A stretch of DNA of 64,000 nt, taken from positions 149,058 through 213,057 of the forward strand of contig NMRA01000372.1 in the NCBI GenBank assembly GCA_002633005.1, written 5' to 3'. The position numbers were made by a program, and so were the translations under genes. The notes below the pieces were generated by a model. It made no database searches and was not told where the DNA came from. It worked only from the letters and a program-made list of their open reading frames with translations. This document shows positions 1 to 10,845 of the stretch, in pieces. Within the stretch, counting starts at the first letter, position 1. Every line of letters begins with the position of its first letter. This DNA comes from Phoronis australis. Taxonomy: Eukaryota; Animalia; Phoronida.

Positions 1-653
1 AGCAGATCCATTTGATGTTTATTACATTCCTGACCCCCCTGGACAAAATCCTACAGGTTCGGTACCTGCACATTCTCCAATAACCTACTTTCATCAGCTC
101 AGCTCTTATTACTGAGTCTCCCTCTTGCTTATGATTTATTTCTCGTAATTTATATTACCTTTGTTGCCCAAATTTTTTCTTGGTTTACTCTATATTTTGC
201 CTATGTGTATTTTTCCATTACAGTGCTCGTGTTTTTTGTTTTCAATATTTTAAACAAAGACGCTTCACTGACAAGTTTGAATTTGGCAAACTAAGATCGG
301 CCGTAGTGAATACCTTGCGTACTTCGTTGGCCCACACACACCCGCTAGGTGTCGCCACGGTCCATGACACAATAATGGCGTCGGCCTTGGTGAATAGTCT
401 TGTTAGCGTGTTTGGTCATACTGTAGACTGTGAAATTCCAGAAATTCCAACGACTATTATTGTAAACTCGACAAGTATTGCTCTGCAGACTATACTGATT
501 TCAGTCGGGCTCACGGTACTAGCGCCCAAGCTTGCTGACCTTTAACCTTACTATGCATTGTTATGATTGGTTAGGGACATGGCGCAAAGCGTCACCTAGC
601 GGATCAAAAATGTTACAAATTTCTGGTGTTATTTCATATATTCATAAGACATC

Positions 654-900
654 ATCAGGATAATATATACAATAGGACAGCAAGTGTCGAATACCACTCT
701 AGTTACTTCCAAAGTGAAATGAGAGTAGCGAGAGATACAGGGAATAGTAAGTAGGTATTCACTATAGATCTCAATGACCTACAACTATGGTGATGACCTA
801 CTTACTATTCCCTGTATCTCTTGCTACTCTCATTTCACTACATGGATGTGACTTGACTGGCATTGGGCACATGCTGTTTTATTGTATATATTATCCTGAT
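654..900. repeat. Long imperfect palindrome (foldback/MITE-like element)
   Basis: ATCAGGATAATATATACAATA (654) is the reverse complement of TATTGTATATATTATCCTGAT (ends 900); inner arms AGTGAAATGAGAGTAGCGAGAGATACAGGGAATAGTAAGTAGGT and ACCTACTTACTATTCCCTGTATCTCTTGCTACTCTCATTTCACT are near-perfect inverted copies. Confidence 0.85.
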
Positions 901-2580
901 AATTAATTATAGCAGTGGCCGCCGGGGCAAGATAACTAAATACACAGGCACCTCATTCGGGGAATGAATGTAATAGGTTCACGTGGCAAGGTTACATTTG
1001 CCTTGACAACAATGTTAGAGATACAAAACTATATGTACGTACCCCAAGCGTGAACTTGAGGCACACGAAATGAGCTTTAGCGTTTCAAATTGGCCGTTAT
1101 TTTGCGACAGCACGCTTTGTCAGTGTTTTCGTTTCTTCCACTGCAGTTTTCTGAGGTAGGGGAATTTTCACATCTTATGTTGAGCTCGCTATTTTATTGT
1201 TTTTATTTAGGACTGTCTAAAAATTTGGAATTATTTCATTTTCTGTAACCCAAAAAATTCTAGATATGCGACATGTTACAGGTCGCATCCATATAGCGAA
1301 TGAACGCGTTATTGAATATTTATGTACACGTAGGTCTTGAACGCGAACGCGTTAACAAGTGGCAGGCTTGGAATAAAAGCAAATACAGTATATCTAATTA
1401 CATCCGTGTTTATATTCAGTCTTTCCTTGAAATTAACCTGAGTCTTCCAGTGTTTTGAGTTCAGGCAACCCTGTAAATTACGAAAATGAGTTTCAAAAAC
1501 TTGGGAATGCCGATCAGCTTCAAAAAGTTCATAAGCGAAATGTTTTTAAGTTTCATCACGGTATTGAGTAATTAAAGTACCTACTCACTGTTGTTGTAAG
1601 TTATGACTTCATTTTCAATTGTTTTTGACTTTTGAAGTTTGTTTTATTCCTCTTAACTCCTTGACATGGAATGCGCGAGGCACACTTTAGTTATCGATAA
1701 AATTAGAATTTGGCCAAATCAAAGAAAGGCATTAAAAATCAGCGGTACCTCGTAGATTTTCGTGCTCAACGTTTCGCTTTAATCACTAAATTATGATTAA
1801 CACAGTAAACTAATGTACACTTAAGAATGTCAAACTCTTGACTAAGTCAAACTCGACTATACTCAAACACATCGAACTACTATCGTACCTCATTGCGGCG
1901 TTTTCCCGTTGCTCCCAATTTGTTCGATTCTGTCGCCCAACAACAAGTTGTGAAGTTTACTCCCGTATCCAATATCTTTTACACGACTGGTTAACTCCAT
2001 CCTGGCATTCAGGGTTGGAGGGCCAGCTCTCTTTTGTTCGATAATTGCTCTAATCTTCAATAAGATTTTATCTAGCCTGACTGGACTGTACGCTGTTAAA
2101 AGTAAAACTTAAGTTATAACATATTTGAACATAAACCAATAGCATTTATGAAATCTTCATCAAATGGTGATCATGTTTAGTTTTTTGAGTCGCCAAAATC
2201 GCCCAACTGCAACCGAAGTTACGATAATCAAATTCTTTCCCAATGTACCAATTCGCGCTCAGGGATTGACGGTGTTCATACGTACGTGGTCTGTAATAAA
2301 CAATTGGCCTGCCTGTTTAGTTGTCATACCACACAAAAGACTGTGCTTGGCAGTTATCACACGCTCACAACCCCCTCCGTCTGGTAAAGTCACTGAACGG
2401 GAAAACTCTGCCATGTGTTTCTGTTTAGACTTCTCTCTCGTCATGCATAAACCACTGGTAGTTGCTATGACCTACATGTATATTGTTCATATTTTTCATG
2501 TTATCTAATGTATGCCACCATGTGGTCTCCTGTGCGATTTTACTTATATCCATCTACATGTATTCAGAAGTTTTTCTCAT

Positions 2581-2616
2581 ACCCTTGACAAAGAGCGCAT
2601 TGCTCGAAACGTGGGG
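2581..2616 (+). ncRNA. Degenerate minimal hammerhead-like motif of the Penelope-retroelement type
   Basis: ACC-CTTGACAAA-GAGC(GCATT)GCTC-GAAACGT-GGGG: variant CUUGANAAA core, 4-bp stem II, GAAACGU. The cleavage triplet would be GUG, which is non-canonical. Confidence 0.4.
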
Positions 2617-3006
2617 AATATTTAATTTCTCCCATACGCGTTGAATCAGTAGAGGGAAATACGGCCAAGTAATAATTTTCTTCCGTATTCACCTCCCGCA
2701 CTACTTTAACAGCGATCTCTAACATGGGAAGTTCAAAACCCCTTTTATTCGTTATATTTTTATGTTTGTAACTGTGACTTAGTCATAGAAAGTACATACT
2801 TTGATCATTGCCATGTATTTGTCGTAGACTGCTTGCTAGACACCGTCAGAATAACCTACAGTGTACATGTAGCATTTTCATACAGTCGATGTGCACATTC
2901 ACAGAGACCATTCAGCTTTGTTGTTTTTTGTTCAGCATATTTCTGGTATAGTATGTAAACAAATTGTAATACGATGAATGTTTTCAGTCATCCAGTTGGG
3001 TCATAG

Positions 3007-3825
3007 CATAGGCGGATTTAGGGGGGGCCCAGGGAGCCCGCCTCCCCCCCTTGGCTGCCGCAAAAAAAATAAAACAGTAAGAGCGTAGGGAACTGGTGAG
3101 TTTATTAATTAACCCCGGTAATTAAAATTATACGGATGAAAAAAGATTTAAATGTATGCAGTTTTAGTGTTTGGGGGGGGGGGACTCAAACCCAATTTCA
3201 AGTGTCAAATTCGGAACACTGCGCATTCGTAACGGAACTATGGCTAAGTATAGGCTCTCCCGCGATATCCCAGGCGACCGGCAGTGGCGCTGCGCACTAC
3301 GACTCCGTTTTCGTCGTCTGCTCCACTGTGCAATGAAGAAAATTTACTTCATTTTTTAAAGAGAATGGAACCTGAGTGACGATGAAAAAACAGAAGCTGC
3401 TGGTAAGATGTGAATTTCAATCGAAGCCTTAGTGAATCACTCAGAAACTCGCAATACTCTCTTTGTCAAACCTTAACTTAGACGATTTCCAAAGCAATCC
3501 CGTCATTATTGCCAACTCGAAAAACGGATTTGGTCTTTTGGGCATTTGAAGACTATTTTAAATACGANTCTTTCTAACGTTCAGTTTTCCTGTTTGACAC
3601 GTTCTCTGTTTTTTTTTTTCTTGAATAATACTTCAGGAATCAAGGAAAATGCTTGATTTTTAGAGGTAAAAACAGTAAAATTTCCTGGGCGGGATGGGTT
3701 TGCCCCCCTCCCGACCTCCCCCCATTCGGTGCTATGCGCATCTACAATCGTGGTTCAGTTTGCGCAAATGCTTACAGCCGGACAAAATGTTGGGCCCCCC
3801 TTGTGATATCCTAGATCCGCCACTG
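3007..3825 (+). mobile_element. Non-autonomous hAT-like DNA transposon with 5-bp TSD (hAT5-like), copy 1
   Basis: Imperfect TIRs CATAGGCGGATTTAGG / CCTAGATCCGCCACTG; direct repeat CATAG on both flanks (3002-3006, 3826-3830); an inverted homologous copy lies at 5517-6470. Confidence 0.85.
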
Positions 3826-3830
3826 CATAG

Positions 3831-4033
3831 TATAAGAATCAATAAATCTGTTACTGGACTTACGGTACGTGGAGATCAGTGGCTACGTTGCGTCTTCCTC
3901 TCGAGGACTGTACGACAGATCACATGACAAGTCACGTGACAACTCAGTGGCCTGATGAAGTCCTCGAGAGGAGGACGCAACGTAGCCATCTCCACGTACC
4001 GTAAGTCCAGAAAAAGATTTATTGATTCTTATA
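3831..4033. mobile_element. ~200-bp palindrome, probable Penelope-like element remnant with an inverted truncated pseudo-LTR
   Basis: TATAAGAATCAATAAATCT...CTGGACTTACGGTACGTGGAGAT...TGGCTACGTTGCGTC...CTCGAGGAC is mirrored on the right arm; the right arm contains a hammerhead motif. Confidence 0.65.
3948..3988 (+). ncRNA. Minimal type I hammerhead ribozyme motif (GAAA to GCAA variant)
   Basis: Stem I TGGC/GCCA; core CTGATGA(A); stem II GTCCTC/GAGGAC with a 5-nt loop; GCAA-CG-TA. Same architecture as the minimal hammerheads of Penelope-like elements. Confidence 0.65.
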
Positions 4034-4702
4034 TTAAACAAATTCTATTTTGTTCCATTAGTCAATGGTGCAGTCACTGACACACACATTTTAACCACTC
4101 TTGAGTGTATTGTGTAATTTTGCTTGTCAAACAGTGCCATGATAACCTCATAGAAACATTCAGATATATTTCGTATTTCTGCCATTTTTGGTGTCACTTT
4201 ACATTTTTTAAATTTCGCTGTTTGCAACTACTCTACAAAAGTGATACATGCAATATGAGTGTATTATTGTTGAATACAATGATATTGATGAGATCTGATT
4301 ACTTGGTTTACGAAAACCTAGGAAGAGTGTTATTTTTACAAATACAAGTTCAATAAGGTCATTGGTAACTATTACGTAACTTCAAACCCAAATTTCTCAA
4401 AAACGTGCAATGGGAACTTTTTAGATTTTGAAAACACTATACTAAATGGAATTAAGAAACACCAAAATAAAATTGCCCTCCTGAGGTACTCACAAAAAGT
4501 ATTTTCTGGAGGCCTTTCAAAACCTGGCCCACCGCCTATTAGACCGGCATCCCAGAGCATTGACCATAGATGAACGAGGTATCAACATCTGACCACGGGG
4601 CATTTAGAGTCCACCTCAGTACACGTATACCCAGAAATGGACGTCTGCCGTTGTCTGCACTCTGGGTGTGACCCCTGGGGGCCTTAGAAAGGGGCCAAAA
4701 AT

Positions 4703-5516
4703 GAGCTAGACTAGATATTCGAGGTACCGGCCAAATCTGATTTAAAACGAACAATAGTACCGCGGTGAACACCGAATGACCCATGACAGACAAATTGCAC
4801 TCTGGAAGGCGTCCGGCAGAAACCAAAAAGGACCCCCAAAATGAGCTAGCACATACATTCGAGGTATCACAAAAAACCAATTCCATGTGATCCAATACAT
4901 GTACATGTCACTGGTCAGTAAATGTCCCATGACATACAAAATACGTTCTGGGCTGTGCCCGGCAGAAAAACCCCAAAAATCTCAATCACGGTATGCCATC
5001 AAAGAATTGAGCTAGACTAAATATTCGAGGTGCCGGCCAAAACTTACTTAAAACGAACAATAGTACCGCAATGAACACCAAATGACCCACGACAGACGCA
5101 AATTGCACTCCGGAATGGGTCCTGCAGCAACCAAAAAAGACCCCAGAAAATAAGCTGCCACATACATTCGAGGTACCACAACAAACCAATTCCATGTTTT
5201 AAAACATGTCACTGGCCACTAAATGCCACATGACAGACAAAATGCACTTTAGGTTGTGCCCGGCAGAAACTCTCAAAAATCACAACCGCAGGTATGCCAT
5301 CGAGATTTTGAGCTATATTAGATACCCGAGGTACCTGCTAAAACTGACTTAAAACCAATAATCGTGCCGCACCACATGACCCATGACAGACAAATTGTGC
5401 TCTGGAAACCCGTTCGCCAGAAACTCGAAATGACATCCTAAAAGGGAGCTAGATCATCATTCGAGGTGCCACAATAAACAATTCCATGTGATTCAAATAG
5501 ATGTTACTGGCTACTA
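4703..5516. repeat. Diverged tandem repeat, ~300-bp unit with two related sub-units, ~3 copies; the third unit is interrupted by the 5517-6470 element and resumes at ~6471
   Basis: GAGCTAGACTA.ATATTCGAGGT recurs at ~4703, ~5010 and ~5310; AATTCCATGT and ATGACAGACAAA recur in register; after the insert, TACTAAATGCCCTATGACAGA continues the unit. Confidence 0.8.
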
Positions 5517-6470
5517 CAGTGGCGGATCTAGGATATCACAAAGGGGGGGCCAGCATTTTGTCCGGCTGTAAGCATTTGCGCAAACCACGATTGTAAATGC
5601 GTATAGCACCGAATGGGGGGAGGTTTGCCCCCCTCCCGCCCAGGGTAATTTTCTGTTTTTTCCTCTAAAAATCAAGCATTTTCCTTAATTCCTGAAGAAT
5701 TATCCACGAAAAAAAGGCAAAAAAAACACGGAGAACGTGTCAAATAGGAAAAACTGTGAATACTACAGACATGAACTCACGACCTGGCGGATAGAGCGCG
5801 CGTGCTTTACCACTACACTACCACGATTTAACTACTTATCGTATCCAAACAGACCTACAGTACTTGTTTATGGTCCACAGCGTTCGCGCGCGTAACCAAA
5901 GTCTTTTTGTTATGCTTATTACACTTTTTTTATTTTGTGCAATCGGTTCTTAACAAATTTGTTGTATTTAAAATAGTCTTCAAATGCCCAAAAGACCAAA
6001 TCCGTTTTTCGTGTTGGCAATAATGACGGGGTTGCTTTGAAAATCGTCTTAAGTTAAGGTTTGACAAAGAGAGTATTATGAGTTTCTGAGTGACTCACAA
6101 GGCTTCGATTAAAATTCACATCTTACCAGCAGCTTATGTTTTTTCGTTGTCACACAGGTTCCATTTTCTTTAAAAAATGAAGTAAATTTTCTTCATTGCA
6201 CAGTGAAGCCGACGACGGAAACGGAGTGTTAGTGCGCAGAGCCACTGCAGGTCACCTGGGATATCGCGGGAGAGCCTATACTTAGCCATAGTTCCGTTAC
6301 GAATTTGACACATGAAACTGAATCTGAGCTCCCCCCCACCCCAAACACTAAAACTGCACACATTTAAATCTTGTTTCATCCGTATAATTTTAATTACCGG
6401 GGATAATTAATAAACTCAATATTTCCCTACGCCCTTGCTGTTTTATTTTTTNCCCCTAAATCCGCCTATG
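5517..6470 (-). mobile_element. hAT5-like non-autonomous transposon, copy 2 (inverted relative to copy 1)
   Basis: CAGTGGCGGATCTAGG...CCTAAATCCGCCTATG termini; TSD TACTA (5512-5516, 6471-6475); collinear with the reverse complement of 3007-3825 plus ~200 bp extra at ~5757-5960. Confidence 0.85.
5765..5825 (-). mobile_element. tRNA-like (SINE head) fragment inside hAT5-like copy 2
   Basis: The minus strand reads GGTAGTGTAGTGGTAAAGCACGCGCGCTCTATCCGCCAGGTCGTGAGTTCATG: A-box and B-box-like motifs at tRNA spacing; absent from copy 1. Confidence 0.55.
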
Positions 6471-7100
6471 TACTAAATGCCCTATGACAGATTAAACCCT
6501 TGTGCTCGCCAGCCCCAGAAATCCCAGCCATGTAATTGTGAAAATTGTGACATATTAGATAATTAAGACACTGGTTAAAGCTTGGTAGAGTTTCGTAGAA
6601 TGAAGGATTTCAATAAGGAAGGTGTTGTGATCACGTGCTTCGGTTCATGGCGAATTCCTATACCTTTGCGTCCACTGAGCTCTCACACTGAGTATCAACT
6701 TGATGATGACGGAAAGTAAGCCTTTTGGAAAGTACCTGATATCAGTAAAACTTTGGGATACCGAGAACTGTCTAAAACCAACCCATTAAGTGATATTTAA
6801 GACAGCAGCTAGTGTAGTATAACGAACAGGAAAGATACGCCAGCGGCAACACATGTCCCCTAAATTTGCAAAGGATCGAGGAACCATGAAAATGACTTCC
6901 AAAGAGCCATTTCATTCCATTGGCTACTAAACAATAGTTGAAAGAAAAGCAACAGATGTGTTTTCAAAAATCTTCTTTAATCAAAATAAACAAAAAATAA
7001 CAAGACTTTCAAACAGCAACCTGTAAACTTATAACAACATAATAACAGACAATTAAAATAACTGCATCAAAGAGAACTTCACGCAACTATATGTTTAATG

Positions 7101-8900
7101 TTATAGTAATTTCCTTTTAGTTCTAATACGATTCAATATCAGATTCGTCACTGCTACTCCAGCTTGACTCGGGCTCGCTTGATTCGCCATTTCCTCTACC
7201 TCTTGATCGCCTTGGTTTTCTTGTAAAAGACCAGTACCTTCAAAAAGGACATCAGGAACGGCAAATCCACAAAACCATTCGGGAGTACAGTATCCATCTT
7301 GTATCTTCCAATTGTAGTTCAGAGGATCCAAACCGTTTCCCGCATCGGCCGAATCCGCTTGACCCCAGAACATGGCAACATAATGGGCTCGTTTGAGCTT
7401 GTTCAATAGTGTCTTTCATCAACTATATTTTATCAATTAAAGTTATTACCTTGTTTATATTTCAGGTCATCTCGATTAATTTCAGATATCTCGCTTCAGT
7501 GACATCTTTGACTCCTCCCTTCACTCCATATAGGATGCACATTCTTCTAACTTTCTTTCCTCTGGAACGCCTACGCTCGTTAACTCTGAGAGTAACCGGA
7601 TAAGTGTCCCAGATGAGTCTTTCATCAGGATTTCCAGACGTCTCACTTCCCCTTTCTTATACAGTGCTGCTGCGACGTCACACCCCGTCATTGCATGTAG
7701 ACCAGGCAATGGTGCAGCGAGACCATGTTGTATAGACTCTAAAGTCTGAAGAATAGCGGTGAAGTCTATACGTCGGCGGTTATTACCAGATCCACAACCC
7801 ATTGTTAAACGCTCGAAAGGCATTTCTCTGCCGCTCTTCACTTGTCTTGCTATCATTCCGATGACAATTACAATAACATACGCGTCAGAAGCCCTGATTA
7901 ATGCATTGTCATTTGAGTTGGCTAACTGGAAGGCAAGAAGTGTGCCGGCTTCTTCGTGGGAGCCTTGAAGATCCGATGGATGATCAGCTGCCATGATACC
8001 ACTGTACGAAAGGCGAACACAGTTGCCGCCATGTGAGACAACAAGTGTTTTCTTCCCAAGAATTGTTCCATATCGGTCGTTTTGCCATTCGTGTAGGAGG
8101 AAAGTTGCCAAGTTGTCCTTAAATGTCCCGTTCTGCAACGATGTTGACTAGTCTGCCCTGGTGTTTGCTATGGGCCACTGATGACGAAAGTTGGGTCTTC
8201 TGCTTCACGCATTTGCCGGTCGCTACTTTTCAGCGAAAGTGCTTTGTATGTATCAAATAAGACATAGACTTCCTTACTTGAGCTTGCACAGAGGTAGGCT
8301 AGAAGGTTTCGGGTCAGATTTCCATAAGATACGATGTTTCCACTGGAAGACAGAAACAAATGCAGCAAGAGACTCCCATTAATTAAGGTCACGTCAATCA
8401 ACGGAACAAGTGTTTCTGAGAAGCCTCCTTGGAAACCCTCAAGTTTACCTAGCAAATTGCTTTTTTCTGTCTTGATCATGGATCCGTCAGAATGCGCAAT
8501 GGACAGTGAGTACTGTGTAATTGGAAACGTCATCACATTTTTCATGTCAAAAACTGACATTTCCGAAATGACAACAAGTAAACGAATGAAGACATCTCTA
8601 AGGCTTTCAGTTGTTGACCTGTACTTGGCAAGAGGCTGCTTCATGTTTATACTTTCTTTTGCAAAGCCCTGCACTTTTCGTCTTCTAATAGGCTTCAAAA
8701 ATACCTTCTTATCAGTTGAACACTGGTGTTGGAATTCCACTCACAGTTTGCGTCCAGCATCTAGGCAACCGGGTAAATACTCTTTGATTTCTTGTGCGGC
8801 TGGTTGTAGTATTCACCAAACAGTCGGATGTTGTTGCTGGCTCATCGATCGGTATCTTTGGAGATCTTGGCGGATTTTCTTGAAACTTGACCAATAGGCT
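7101..8900 (-). pseudogene. Decayed Academ-type (AcademX) transposon ORF, XPG/PIN-like nuclease region
   Basis: Consecutive minus-strand ORF pieces (8168-8740, 7521-8138, 7101-7406) carry the motifs FPITQYSLSIAHSDGSMIKTEKS, VLFDTY, SHEEAGT (HEEADT), ASDAYV (SDTDV), LPGLHAMTGCD and RAHYVAMFW...W..QDG...PEW; broken by stops and frameshifts. Confidence 0.7.
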
Positions 8901-9085
8901 TCTGTTAAAGAGACGATTAAACATCCCAATTATCTAATGAATTCGACGTATGTCTCCTTTTTAATTATTTTTGAGTATGATTCTGGCGTCTGCATCTCCA
9001 TTGGCCCTACAGTTCTAGGGATCATTGGGAATGTTTTTGTTTCTAGTGGAAAGTGCTTGGTGACGATTTTCAAATTGGTCTAATT

Positions 9086-10845
9086 GTTTTTTTTTGTATT
9101 TATTATTATCATTTACAAACAATTACAAAAAACAAACAAACAAATAAGTACACCATTCATTCACGCATGCACACCTCAGGAAGACCATTCTCATATCTCG
9201 TTTAAAGTAAATATCTTCTACATGAAGTTAACATGAACAATAAAATTTCCCCATTTCGCAGAGAAGCTGTCATATACAAAGTTTTTTTGTGCATTAAATT
9301 TTTCAGCATTATAGTATTCATAAGTTTTTGTAACGAACTTGAGAAAATTTGGTATATTTTTGTGACATCTCTCCTTGTAAATGTACTGTTTAGCTAGTAG
9401 AAGCAAAATGTTAAATAGAAAATCATGCGTCTTGTAAAGTCCTAGAATAACACTATCGTAAGACAGACAGTTGGGAAGCTGAATGCCACACTTTTGAAGT
9501 AGCTTTCCGAATTCCTTCCAGAAATCTTGTACAAAGCTACATTCCCAAAAAAGGTGTGACAGCGTCTCTGGAGCTTTATTACAAAAGGAACATACATGTA
9601 GATCAGAATCCCTAACACATATTTTGACTAAAAAGGTATTCGTTGCAATAATTCTATGTAGTATTCTAAATTGGAACCATCTAATATGGGAATCCTTTGT
9701 AATTTTGTAAGGTAAAGCATATATTTTCTTCCAATCTAAACTATCTCCTAGCTCTATTTCCCATTTACACTCTGACTTAGGTTTCTTAACATTATTAAAG
9801 ACTGAACAAATATGTCTACAACCTTTCAAATCTTTCCGTAAGTGAGTAATTGCTAAAGGCATACAAGGACAGTAGACATTGACACTTTTAAATTTACTTT
9901 GAAATAGACTTTTTTGAAACCTTCTTAGAACAGAAACAACACCATTATATTCTACAAAGTTGGTTTTCACGTCGAACCTATTTTTCATATTGTTCAGACT
10001 AACAAAATCACCATCAGAGGTATACATATCTCTAATAAATCTTAAGCCTTTTACAAACCAAGGCTTATAAAAAACACCTGTGCCTCCGATCGCCAAGTTA
10101 CTATTAAACCACAAAGGTTGGTTCAAAAAGTCCTCTTTACTTGCAACAATTATTTTCTTGTAGAAAGATAACATACTTTCAAATACGTCGCGCCAGTAGG
10201 AATTACCAATTAGAGTTAACTTCGACTTAATAAAGTCATCTCCAAATGAAGCAAAATTCTTTAAGAACGGGTAGAGTGAGTACAGTAATTCACCACTTTT
10301 AGACGCAGGGCTTTCNNNNNNNNNNNNNNNNNNNNNNNNNNNNNNNNNNNNNNNNNNNNNNNNNNNNNNNNNNNNNNNNNNNNNNNNNNNNNNNNNNNNN
10401 NNNNNNNNNNNNNNNNNNNNNNNNNNNNNNNNNNNNNNNNNNNNNNNNNNNNNNNNNNNNNNNNNNNNNNNNNNNNNNNNNNNNNNNNNNNNNNNNNNNN
10501 NNNNNNNNNNNNNNNNNNNNNNNNNNNNNNNNNNNNNNNNNNNNNNNNNNNNNNNNNNNNNNNNNNNNNNNNNNNNNNNNNNNNNNNNNNNNNNNNNNNN
10601 NNNNNNNNNNNNNNNNNNNNNNNNNNNNNNNNNNNNNNNNNNNNNNNNNNNNNNNNNNNNNNNNNNNNNNNNNNNNNNNNNNNNNNNNNNNNNNNNNNNN
10701 NNNNNNNNNNNNNNNNNNNNNNNNNNNNNNNNNNNNNNNNNNNNNNNNNNAGTACATCTTTTCGTTTTTCATGGAGACCCAGCCCTCTGCAGTTCAATGA
10801 CGTTACTTTAAGTTCACGTGTCATCATTACAACGGTTATGCACAT
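9086..10845 (-). mobile_element. L1/Tx1-clade non-LTR retrotransposon (ORF2, 3' UTR, A-rich tail), spanning an assembly gap
   Basis: APE endonuclease start LKVTSLNCRGL at ~10750-10820; C-terminal ORF2 with zf-RVT motif FQFRILHRI...CSFC...ETLSHLFWEC; minus-strand AATAAA followed by an A-tract at ~9086-9104. Confidence 0.9.
9218..10315 (-). CDS. LINE ORF2 C-terminal region (post-RT domain and zinc knuckle), partial
   Basis: The frame is open from the N-gap edge (ESPASKSGELLYSLYPFLKNF...) to the stop at 9218; contains PLWFNSN, W...G...IRD and the CCHC motif. Confidence 0.85.
   Translation of the reverse strand, partial: ESPASKSGELLYSLYPFLKNFASFGDDFIKSKLTLIGNSYWRDVFESMLSFYKKIIVASKEDFLNQPLWFNSNLAIGGTGVFYKPWFVKGLRFIRDMYTSDGDFVSLNNMKNRFDVKTNFVEYNGVVSVLRRFQKSLFQSKFKSVNVYCPCMPLAITHLRKDLKGCRHICSVFNNVKKPKSECKWEIELGDSLDWKKIYALPYKITKDSHIRWFQFRILHRIIATNTFLVKICVRDSDLHVCSFCNKAPETLSHLFWECSFVQDFWKEFGKLLQKCGIQLPNCLSYDSVILGLYKTHDFLFNILLLLAKQYIYKERCHKNIPNFLKFVTKTYEYYNAEKFNAQKNFVYDSFSAKWGNFIVHVNFM

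Noticed and set aside
6590-6720. Plus-strand frame ...CFGSWRIPIPLRPLSSHTEYQLDDDGK ending at GTAAG, as a candidate missing cGLR catalytic exon
   Set aside because: No [DE]h[DE] motif at the right spacing, poor acceptor, and it lies within probable transposon sequence.
8334-8897. 187-aa plus-strand ORF (and similar antisense ORFs at 14488-14853 and 50710-51090)
   Set aside because: Shadow frames opposite recognisable coding sequence.
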